Shown here in pieces: positions 22,901 to 34,900 of a stretch of DNA of 64,000 bases (position 1 is the stretch's first letter; each line of letters opens with the position of its first letter). The position numbers and the translations under genes were made by a program. A model generated the notes under the pieces. That model worked only from the letters and a program-made list of their open reading frames with translations. It was not told the origin of the DNA and made no database searches. Origin of the DNA: Tubiluchus corallicola. Its lineage: Eukaryota; Animalia; Priapulida. Location: positions 186,001 to 250,000 of the forward strand of contig JAQGDQ010000080.1 in NCBI GenBank assembly GCA_030141605.1, in the 5' to 3' direction.

Positions 22901-25900
22901 TTTCCCTTCCTTTGCTTACCAGCTGCTGCTGCGTTTGTTTTTTTCATGATTTTCTCATTTCTTTCTCAGGCATTGTACGCTTTGTAGTACTTTTTTTATT
23001 ATATACGCTTTCATTTAGTTTTGTGTAGTCAGTTGTGTAGTTATACTTATGTAGCAGCATGAATAAACTGTAGAGATGATTTTCTAAAAGTTTTGTATAA
23101 CATGGATTACAGTAGTTATATAGCAGACAAGCAGACGAACTGGCATCTATGCTGACATGCAGCAATGCAGGCTGATAGATGACAGCATATCACCTGTGAG
23201 CAGTAAAAGTTAAGTCGGCTAGCAGAAATCTTACAAAACTAGTACTAGACGGCAGAAGCTTGCAACAACTGCACAAATAGCAACTCTCCCAAGTTTATAT
23301 GTTGTTAATTGTATTATTTAGATGTATACTGGAATTTTTAATGAAAGGTAAAGGTTCTGAGTAGGTGCAGTAATCTCTAAATATAAGGTTTTTTCGTCAG
23401 TCATATTTCTGCATGCCAGTTCAGATTGCACGTTCTGTGTACATAATTTAATTCGCTAGCTATTAATTTTTTACCCGTACTGTACATTCTACACCGAGTA
23501 TGGTTAAGACACTATTGTGTATACCAACTACTTGTCATGCAGAATCATGGTGGTGTTTCATAAAAATCAATTTGTTTCAAGATTTGTTCAAGCTTTACTA
23601 AAAAATTCACAGGGTCAATGTTTATTCTAATGTCATGCAAAATATGCCCTAATGGCCTATATGCAGTAGAACCAGCATGCAAATAATAAATTATGTTAAA
23701 CTTTTTATTTAATATGTAAAAATCTTATTTATTGAAAGTGCATAAAATTTTTACAACTGTTACATTTTTTTTAATTTACCAAATTATTTTGAAATGTTAC
23801 TCATAAATGTAGTCCCATTTAAGCCCGCAGTTTTACTCGGTAGGCCATGTAGTAAGAATATACAGTACTTCAATTTTCAGAGTAAAAGATAAGCCTTCCA
23901 AAGCGGCAAATACTCTCTATTAAAAAAATTGAAACAAATAATTATACTGACATATTTGCATCAGCGTGAGGAGTATGTCCTTGACGGAAGAATTATTGTT
24001 CTTTGATAACAATCGGTAAATATTAAGTAATTTACTTTCTGGTTGTACTAGCTTATGAGCACATCGGCTAATTAAAAATAACAAATGGATAGTTAGCAGT
24101 CAACTAAATTAAAATCTTCTGACAGTGTGAGAGCTAGATAGCTAGTCTCACGAGCTTATCTACTAACTGCTAGCTAAAAATCAAGTACATATAGCTAATT
24201 AACTAAAACTGTATACTCATATGAACTATTAGAGGGTTAATCCGTAGTTGGTTCTATAAATTTTGTTATTTATTATTACCATATTTAGACTTGACATTGG
24301 ATCGAAAATTGTATAATGTCCTGTTTGTTACAGGTCAAAATTTCCTTAATTGTTTAGTTTTTGTTACCGTCCGTGAAGATAGCCAATTTTTGTTGGAAAC
24401 AAGTTGGACAGTAAAATTTTGAATATCTTTACAATTTGCTTCTGTGATTACTTGAAAGTGATACACAAAAATAGTTTTAGAGCTGCACTAGTAGAGGCTA
24501 TTGCAAGTTAATTTAAACCCTCGTTGTAGTCATCATATTTCTGAAGTTTACATATCCATTGTTCTGTAAAATTTTTGATTTCTTCTAATTATTAGTAACT
24601 AAGTAACTACGAATTCTTCTAATTATTTACAGAAATTATAAGTTATCAACATGTTTCGAGGTGAGATTCATTGTTACAAGGTACAAGTAAAAATTTTAAA
24701 ATGTTGAGAAATACGCAGGGCATGCATACTTGCCTTCACGAACGTAACCCAACTCGTCGCTAGAACTTTGAACTGCTTAGTGCGTGGGTAGTGTAGTGCG
24801 CTTATTATACCTCGGGTGCCAGTACGACATCCATATACTTATTATGATTACTTGCAGAGAATAAATCTCTGGCATTTATTAGATACGCAATGTTGTGAAA
24901 TGGCAGTTACAAATTATGCAGTGATGTACATTTGTTCAACTTACCGTCAATGTCAGTATCTTGCCGTATGGCTACAGCCAGCGTCAAGTTTAAATGTAAA
25001 TTTAACACAGACTGCAGCTCATTGACGCTGATGAAACCATCACGCGGTGAAACGTCATATGTGCTAAACCGTAGCAACTCAGTTCTGTTGTTTTCCCTAT
25101 AAAAGTTGTATAATTCCGTGTAGTCAATATCTGGATTTGTGCTGGATGTCCGACGAATCCCAGGCGATATTGCACCTCCGCAAGCTTCTGCTCGTTTTTG
25201 AAAAAATATTATAGACAAAATAATAATTATTGTTAAGAATCTGTTTGTCGCGTTTGAAGAAGTTAATGAAAAAGCCATCTTTCAACTGTGTTGTGTGAAA
25301 CACTCTCGTAAATTACTTTACTTGAGCTTGACGTAGACCTTCCGTATATTTCCTCGTTAACTGGGCTGTTTACTTCCGTCTTTCCTAGCAATTCCAGTCA
25401 CTTTGGTGCAACTTTTAAAGGGAAGTATCATAATATTGACTTCCTTTCCATACTCAAACACGTGTTGTTGTGTTCACTTGCTGTTTTCGTATTGAGTCTG
25501 TTAGAGTAGTATATACGTACTTGGATATTCTTACGATTTTAGTGGTGACAGTAACTGTACAACCCGTGTATATGGGTTGAATATTCTGAGGTCCTGAATA
25601 TTGTGTCCGGAAAGCAAACTGTCTGTCAGTCCGATTTTGAAACTAGAATTAGCCAGTTGAGTGATAAACTTGAAGCTCTAGACAATAAAATGAGCTGCAG
25701 CTCAAAACCATTGTGGAGTGATATAGTATCGATGCCTAGAGCCGAGAATAGTGCCAAGCTGTCAACAGAATACAAGTCTGACGACAAAATGAAATTAACC
25801 AAAACCATCTATGATCCGTCTCGTACTGTAATAATCAGCAATGTAAACGATAAAGAAATTGTTAAATCAAACTTCTCCATCGAAAAACAATTATCCCACC

Positions 25901-28900
25901 ACTTCCCTCTAACGCAGTTTGACAACATCAGAAAGACAGCTAAAGGTATGATACAAGTGCAACTTAAGCACAAAGAAGAAGCAAAGTTAATGATAGATAC
26001 CTGGCTGCTTTCGTACCTGGGCACAGAGACTTCAGCTAGATGGCCTCTACAAAATACCATTGGCTTACTACGAGACTGCGACCTAAGCTTGACCGATGAT
26101 CAACTATTAGATGAGATTAGTAAACATTACTCTGACGTGAAAGTGGACAGGTTCAAGAAAAAAGATGGAACGGTGCTTACCCTAGCTAAAGTATATTTTA
26201 ATTCAGCTGATGATTTAGAAACTGCTATCTTTGATGGCATTCCCATTGGTAATATGTACTGTCAAGTCGAGAAGTTCATAGTCGCTAACAAACCAGTACA
26301 GTGCTTCAACTGCTACAAATATAACCATGTAGCAAAATGGTGCAAATCTAAAACTGTCTGTGGAAAATGTTCATCTAGTCATAAAACCAGCAATTGTAGC
26401 AATGAACGTGTAAAATATTCAAACTGTGGTGGCGCGCACGAGGCGTGGTACAGGGAGTGCTGGAAATATAAAGAAGCGTTATCCATGAGAGAGTCTAATA
26501 AAACTCCTTCTAGCAACATTCAGTAATATTCACAACGTGAACAGTTACGGAAACACTAATAACAATCCTACAAACAAAAACTTTTTTTCTTTCTATCACT
26601 CCAACGTACGAAGCCTCCTAGCGAACAACGAATCCTTTAAGTTGGACGAGTTGCAGTTAGTCGCTAACACCAACAATTATGATGTCATCGTTCTGACAGA
26701 AACATGGCTAGATCAATCCATAGCAAATGATGAAATTCGTCTTTCCGGTTTCCAAGATCCAGTCAGAAAAGATCGGGACAGAAATGGTGGTGGAGTAGCA
26801 TTTTATGCGGCCAATCACATACATTTTAAAACACGGACTGAGTTGTTACCACAGAATCTGTTTGAATTTATGTGGATAGAGATCAGTTTAAAGGATAATA
26901 CACTCTATATGTGCATTTGTTATAGGTCCCCATCCCAAGATGCAGCAGGTGAAGACCGATTTATTGCAGCACTAAATGAATATTACAATAACCTACTAAC
27001 CTCTCAACCTAAGCACCCCTATAGCATTGTATTTGTTGGCGACTTTAACGCCAAATGTAAAGCCTGGGACCAGGCAGAGCTAAACGAAGATCCAATGGGC
27101 CCTAAATTAAATAATTTTGTTGTACAAAATCAATTGTTCCAGTTAATTACTGAACCCACTCGAGTAACTAGTACGTCAAAGTCTGTACTGGATTTGATTA
27201 TCACACACTCACCTAGATTATTTACTAACTACAGTGTGTTTCCACAAATCTTTACATGCGATCATAACCCTATTTTTGGGAAAATTTGTGTCAAAATTTC
27301 AGTACGTCATGCTTTCAAAAGAAAGGTATATAATTATAATTTAGCAGATTGACCAGCATTAAATCAACAAATCTCTGCTGCAAATTGGGAGGCTGTGCTT
27401 TCAAATGAATCTGTTGATTGTTGTTTTTCTATTATTTGTTGACAATCTAGTGAAAATGATTGATTCTTGTGTGCCTAATCAAATTGTAACAATACGCCCA
27501 CGCGATAAGCCTTGGATGAATAGTCACGTTCGAAAGCTTAGAGTACAAAAAGAAAAGGCGCACAGAAATTATAAATTAAACAGGACGAACGCTTCGTGGC
27601 AGTCCTATACTACTATTAGAAATAAGTACAACAATGCTGTTAAAAAAGCCAAACGTGACTATTCAGACAAACTGAACGAGAAGCTATTGAATCCTGAAAC
27701 ATGCCCTAAAGTCTGGTGGGAAATTACTAAAAGTTTTTACAAAAATACGTGTGACTATTTTATTCCTCCCATTATAGATGAAGCTGGTGTTGTCACAAGT
27801 GATGCGATTTCCAAGTGCAATGCATTTAACAATTACTTTGCCCAGCAGTGCCGTTTGAACATTTCAAATGCTTCATTACCCAGATTCGTATCGAAGACTG
27901 ATACATATATGTCTCACATTACTGTACACGAAGATTTAGTGAAAACACTATTAAATAACGTCAGTATGAGCAAATCTGTAGGTCCTCAAATCTCATTTAA
28001 GTTTTTCGTTTGGTAAGAAACATTTTTCATTTGGTAAACCTCCAATGTCAGTGCATCATACGCGCATGAGAATCGGATTTTCTCAGCTAAACTATGACCT
28101 TTTCTCTAAAGGCTGTAAAGATAATAACGGTCATCCAATATTGCCGAATTGTAACTGTGGATATCGATTTGAGTCTGCTGAACACTTTTTGTTGCACTGC
28201 CCATTGCATCAACTAGCTAGGGTAGTTATGTTTGATAAATTAAATGCAATACTTCTGCCCGAAAGCCTTAATATAGCTGCCTTAGGAAATAATGATCTGT
28301 TGAAGTTGTTATTATTCGGAAAAGACGAATTTAACTATGTTACTAACTGAAAAATATTCCAATGTATACATGACTTTATATTACGTACTAAACGCTTCCA
28401 GTAGTTTCTATCTGATATAAAATGCATAATTCTTAAATAATCGTACATTAATATTTACTAACCGTCATTTTCTACTACTGTCTAATGTATCACTGTAGTA
28501 AAACTTTAGTATACTAAAGTATACTAAAAACTAAGTATAGTCTATTCTTACTGTAAATGTTCTTGTAAATAGTGTATAAAGTCTGTTGTGGTGAGGATCC
28601 TAAATCATGTTGTACAAACTGTCTGATCCAGTCCTAAATAAATTATGTTTAAACTAACCCGTGTGCAATCGAAGAAAAATTCGTAGACGCTGGACGTATT
28701 GACACGACAATTTTCATGTTTCGCTTTAATCAGTTTGTAATTTAATTTATTACTGAAACATATAAAGAAGAGATTTTAATTCATTTCGAAATATGTAACT
28801 CATGATTGTGGAATCACAGCATGCAACACTGTCAACACACACGTCCATACTTCTACGAGAATGGTTTTGTCGATCGAAATCCATACGTTTTTGCGTTTCG

Positions 28901-31900
28901 GCCCAGATTTAAAATTATGTTGCCAAACTAAATTTTGCCAATAGTCAAGGCTAAAACCTGAAGGTTGTATTTGGCCTTAGGTAGTTTAGTTATGTATCAT
29001 TGACAGGGCCAGCTCTAGCACTAGGTAAACTAGGCAGTCGCCGAGAGTACCAATTTCCGGAAGCAATTCTTTAGTTTTTAAGTGTAGCATTAAGTACTGT
29101 AGCAACGTGGTGTATGTGTAATTCCGTACGTGCTCAACACTAATAAAGTGAAATGAACAAGTTGCGTTATTTTCCTGTTAAATGTATAATTCATCGATGC
29201 CGGCAAGTGTCTTCCCGCAGCACTGGTTTCCTAAGATTACCCTATTTCACGCAGACATTACTGACGCGTTACCTGATTTGAATCATCTTGTTTGCTGGCT
29301 TGCTAGCTGTTTGTTTTTGTTTGTTTGATGAGAGATTACGTCACCAAGTGATAGTGCTTGTCTGCTTGCTTGCTTTACACTCAGTGTTGGATTTTCACGA
29401 CTTGGTGAATTTTTAAGTAGGCTGCACTATTTGTATTCCTATGGGAAAGCATTAATAATTTGTCTAAGTAAACGATGATAGTAGCAAACAGAGACCACAA
29501 TTCCCAAATTACTCAATACATTGTCTCGACTTGCGGTTGAAAAGAACGTTCCTCTGTTTATCATCATCATCAGCATCATTTGATAGCTTGATGAACAAGA
29601 ACAACAATTATAGTATGTATCTACAAAGATTGATCGAGTGGACCATGTCTGAGTCCCCTAGTCTAGACTGAGAGGGGCCTTTTTTCTGATATTAAACAAT
29701 AAGTCATCTAAGATATGTTTAAATTTCTAAATAATTTGCTTATAAAATATCATGTTGCTACAGTTTAATGACGTTGGCCTTTTGATTGTTTCACCTAGCT
29801 AGTGTGCTAATGTTATTTTCTATTACATTTTCTATTTCTATATAATGAATTTAGCTTAACAAAACTTGGTGCTCTGACCTGTCATTTAATTAACTAGCTT
29901 TTGTAGAAGAGTCCTTCAGCCCACTTTTAGGATATTCTTTTCGGTTTCACTCTTTGAAAGGTTGAAATTTATAATGGTGAATAAACAGACTAATGTGCAT
30001 TTTTGGTGAGAAATATTTATTATTTTACTACAGACTTGTATTTTACATGTATATCATGTTACATTTTTTGTTAAATGGTCAAGCCAAGAGGTATGTTAAT
30101 TAAGCTTGAAAAGAACATGGTTGTTTCATAGTGATTTAGTATTTTTGACGTTCTAATTTCAGAGTCCATTCACATTAACACTGGTTTGTTAGCTCTTGGC
30201 AATGTGATAAGTGCTTTGGTGGACACTCGCAAGAAGAGCAGTCATATTCCGTACAGAGATTCAAAACTGACACGAATATTGAAAGTATGTCATACACACA
30301 AGGAAATAAAATAAAATAAATAAATAAAAAAAGTTTTATAGAGACTTTGTCGATTATAGAGACACATTTCCGCCATTTGTCAGAATAAGCAAAAAACAGG
30401 GGCTGTATAAATAGTAGCAGTTCAGAATATTTTTAAAAAAAGTGAAATAATTGAAATACTTCTGTTACTTTGATTATTGTTATAACAAATTTACTTTATT
30501 AAGCAACACTAGAAAGATGCAATGAATTTCAATAAATCTGAATGAAAATTATGAAAAATCTGTTCCATGTGACTAAAATCGATCTGCTTTTAGGATTCGT
30601 TGGGTGGGAAAGCTAAGACGATCATGATTTGTTGTGTGAGCCCATCTGCAGCTGATTTTGATGAAAGCCTCAATGTTCTTAAATATGCACAAAGGGTAAG
30701 TTGTGTAGCACCAGCAAATCACTGTTGTACTGGGTAAATATAGGGCATAGGCAGATTCTAAAGTTGGGGGAACAAGCACGTAAAAAAGGTGCCGTGACAC
30801 ATACCAGACAGTTTTTAGCACAATGTTTATACATTTTAATCCATCAAACATGCTGCTAATCGTACATTTAAAGGACTCAGTACACATATGCTTGGGACAT
30901 AGCCACTCGATTCATTAGCCATAATGGCAAACATTTTCTAGTTACATGCAAATGGCAATTGTCTTTGAAAGCAAACATCTAACAACTTCTATAATGTGCA
31001 ATGTCAATAAATAATTTTTGCTCAAAAAATATATGTTGCAGTGATTATGTTTGAGGGACATAAATAGCAGAATGATCCTTCTATGCCTCAACAGGCAGTA
31101 TCAGCATGTGAAAAGACTATATCATAATAATTAGATTTGAAGTAATGATCCTTAGCTCAATCAGTTAATCTTGAAAAATCAGGTACGTAAATAGATGCTC
31201 GTATCAAAAACACAAGAAGCGGGTTGATCAAAGAGAGTAACGACTCTCTTAAAAAATGCGATTAAAAAAAATAAAAAAAGATTGGACTTTTATCGCACCA
31301 ATGAACTAAAGAGTAAAAAAATTGTCGAAAAGATGCCAATTTTGAAAAATATGCTCGGAGGAGCAGTTTCTCCCCTTGCTCCCCTATTAGTTATGCTTTT
31401 GGGCAAATGAAAAATGTTGATAAGTAGAAGAAGTAATTACCTACAATCTCTTTTTTAAAAAGTTTGTTGTGTTTTCACAAGTAAACAACTTACAGCATTG
31501 ATTTTATCATCTTATTATCTATAAAAAAATTTAAGTACTAGTAGCATTATGTTACTGTAAACATTAAAGTATTTTTAACAATTAGCCTGATAAAATCACT
31601 GTAATTTTATAATTACTAGTAATCTTAATATTTTCATTATGGGTCTATTTGCTAAAATTATGATTATAACTTAAAAGGCACGCAAGATAAAGAATAAGCC
31701 AGTAATCAATGAAGCTGTGCATGCTGTACAAATGGAAGAATTGAAGAATGAAGTTAATGCTTTAAGACACCAATTATTACACAGTTATGCAGAGACTGCT
31801 AGTTCTGGGGTTTCATTCCAGCTTACGACAAGTGGTTTGATTCTTCAGCAAAAAATTATGCAGTAAGTAACAGAATCGTTCAAGAGTTTGATTTTACAAA

Positions 31901-34900
31901 GAGCAGTTTTTCTCACTTTGATGAAACAATTTTGTAATGATAAAAGATTGTTTGTGTTAATGTCACTGTTAAATTTTTTTCCATTTGCTAGGTAAAAACT
32001 GTCATAAAAATAAAAATCTGCTTTTATTTGTTCTAAAAAAAAATCATTCTAAAATTTATTAATTCTGCAGTTATATGGTATTATAATGTACAAATTGTAC
32101 ATATATCTTGCAAAAGTATGGGCGTTGTTCAGTTTTGTGTCACGCATAATTTTTTATAATATTTAATTGCTAAATAATATTTTCAAAAAAACGTCATCTC
32201 TGTAATTAAAGATAAGTACCTTTGTTAATTTGTTAGTTTATTCCAGGCTGGAGAATCAGTGCATGAATTACAAAAACTGCATGAATTCTGCATTGGAGAT
32301 TTTTGAAAAAATACAGCATGTGTCGTTTCCTAATGAGCAGACTAAGACTCAAATAAATAATTGGTTGTATCACACCAAACAGGTATTTTACAATGATTAA
32401 CATTTAACCTGGCTTTCATTTTCCAAATCTGCTTGCTAAATACAAGAGCTTTACAGCGTAAGCAGTTTTAAAACTAAATGTTTTGTCCGTTCACATTATA
32501 AAAATTTTCTGCAAGAGCTTGCATATGTGTAATTAATGTAAGCTAAAATACTGTATTGAATTACTTTTTACAGCAATTTTATGGAATGGAGCTGTACTGA
32601 GTGTTAAGGTTTTGATACACCAAAGCATCCAGGGTCTGGTATCCGCATCCAGCATCTGGAAGCGAGAAAGAACGTGTATATAGTCAGTGAATGACAAAAT
32701 CAAAGACTTTGGCAACGGACACTGGAAGCCAGATGTTGAAAGCTTTTTCTACTTTTTGAGCATTTAGCATCCAGCATCTATTCAATAACTAAGCCAATGA
32801 TAACTGGGCTTGGAAATTTATGAGAGAAAAAAACGAAAGCATTTCAGAAATAAATTTAATATCATCCATTGTTTTTCCACGAAGAAAGTAAAAATTAGAT
32901 ACCAGATGCTTTTGTGTTAACTTAGTATCATGCGAATGCTAGATACTTGATGCTGGAACCCAGAAGCTAGACACACTGGATGCTTTGGTGTATCATAGGC
33001 TTAAAGTTGGTTTGGGTTGACATCTGAAATACTTGCCATCATTGAGGAAGCCTGAAAAAACAGATAGTACATCTGATAGCTAAAATCGTTATTACATTTA
33101 TGTGATTTTCATAAACTTTTATAAATAGTTATAGTTAGTTTTTTTTATAAATTATTGAATTTGCTTATCATTGTTATTATGAAATACTGAACTACTCGTG
33201 TTTGTTTGTAATTGCAACACTTAAAGCTTGTGCTTGAATTACAACTGGTTGATGCTTATTATTTAAGAAGCAAAAAGTCTATTACTTGAGTTCTAGTTCA
33301 TGTTCAAGTATTAATGTAAGTTCTTTGTGGGTGTAAATACTAAAGTTGACCACTAGTCAATGCTCACTCACTAAAAATAAAATCTTTTTTAACTACGACT
33401 TTGTGAGAATTAATTATTAGGTAAATTTTACCAGCTGTATTAATAAAATCATGAGTGTAAATTTATTTGTGCAGTGGATGGTAATTTATTAGTTTTTTCT
33501 TTTGTTTTTTTGGGTGATTGGGTTTGTGACTTCAAGAGGACTGCTGAAACAGGAGGTCATGGTGATATACAACCTAGCTTTTGTGAGCACACACAAATGA
33601 CAAAACAGAAAAATAACGATAAACTTATTGAAGAAGAGATTTCGAAAGTTGCAAAGCTGCGCTTACGTCTAACAGACCTGGTGAGTAAAATCTGCATGTT
33701 GCTGTTCTTCCAGTTTTGTTGTGTTCGTAATATATGTCAACTTATGGTAAAACATTGTTTGTTGAAGAAAATACGTATTACACTCTTAATGAGCACCAGT
33801 TATTGAATTGTGAGTTGTACTAATTATATTCAATTGACGTGGCAGTGTTGCATTTAAATCTTTTTCAGGAGAAAGAAAATCTGCACCTGAAGAGTGAACT
33901 AAACTGTGCAAAACCACAAAAAGAATTTAGTGGGGATATGTTGCTAATGCAAGGTATCCAGTGTCGACATATGCACTCCCATTTGCAGCTATTTCTGCAG
34001 GTATTGGTATTGTACAGATTTTGAAATTTTACACGTCCGTGCATTATATAGTAACTCAATTAGTAACTTATTTTGGATGAGCTTATATATAATTAATATT
34101 CAGCTTTTTAAACTGTGTTAGGACTGTTATATTCTTTCCAGCATTAGAAAAATCTTAGTATGTTTAATTTTTGCTCATTTGTTTTTACAGAAAATTGATG
34201 ATTTTATTGGTCATACAGATTGTTTGCAAACTTCAAAACCATTACTCAAAAGTACCGGAAGTATAAAGGTTTGTTAAGGAAACCGCTAATTATTAAGAAG
34301 ACTATTAATGTTTATAAATTTTAAATGAATTGTCAAGTAGAAATCTGTTTTCAACATTCCCTAGTTGTAGGTTACATTTTGTCACTTTTCCCAGAATAAA
34401 TTATTATTTTTTAATTTTTAACAAAATGGAATATTTTTTCCTCAAATTAAGATTCTTAATTGTTTTTTTTTAATTTCTTTAATGTCATGTAGCCTTAACA
34501 TCAGAAATGTGTAGCTTTTAGTCTTTAACTTTTTGAGTGTAACACTTATTTTAATAATAGTCAGCACATTTTTATTGTAATTACAAATTTTCACTTTTGT
34601 TTATAGATTCAAAAACTAGATGTAACTAGTAGAGATACCACTCTGTGCCTTAGAAGACAGTCTATTAGAGACATTTTGTCAGTGTTTCGAAATTGTAGTC
34701 AAATGCAGATCTCTCTACAGGAAGATTCGGATGATATCATAACTAACTGCAGTATAAGCTGTGCAGATGGTTTTAAAACAGATACAAGTAGCATAGCTTC
34801 TGAAGAAAGCTGTAAATTAAAGCAGTGAGTATTTCTGGAGGACGAACAATAACGAAACTAGTAAAGGCAGTAACATATTAACGTATCACTAGTAGTGATA

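Larger units (their letters stand above)
25570..28655 (+). mobile_element. CR1/L2-group non-LTR retrotransposon, probably 5'-truncated, RT domain deleted, 9-bp TSD
   Basis: AACCCGTGT at 25561-25569 and 28656-28664. ORF1 has gag-like zinc knuckles and ORF2 has an APE endonuclease. The 3' UTR has a GGATC...GATCC stem-loop and ends AATAAATTATGTTTAAACT. Confidence 0.9.
3414..30162 (+). other. 26.7-kb phase-1 intron of the kinesin gene hosting nested antisense genes
   Basis: Donor GTATGA at 3414 and acceptor TTTCAG ending at 30162. The join gives ...[27 protein letters not shown], the canonical continuous kinesin motor sequence, so no motor exon is missing. Confidence 0.9.

Noticed and set aside
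22920-23193. Possible extra exon of gene D (ORF 22944..23165, GTAAG donor at 22919)
   Set aside because: Stops block the frames that would link the acceptor to the donor, and gene D's EF loop is completed without it.
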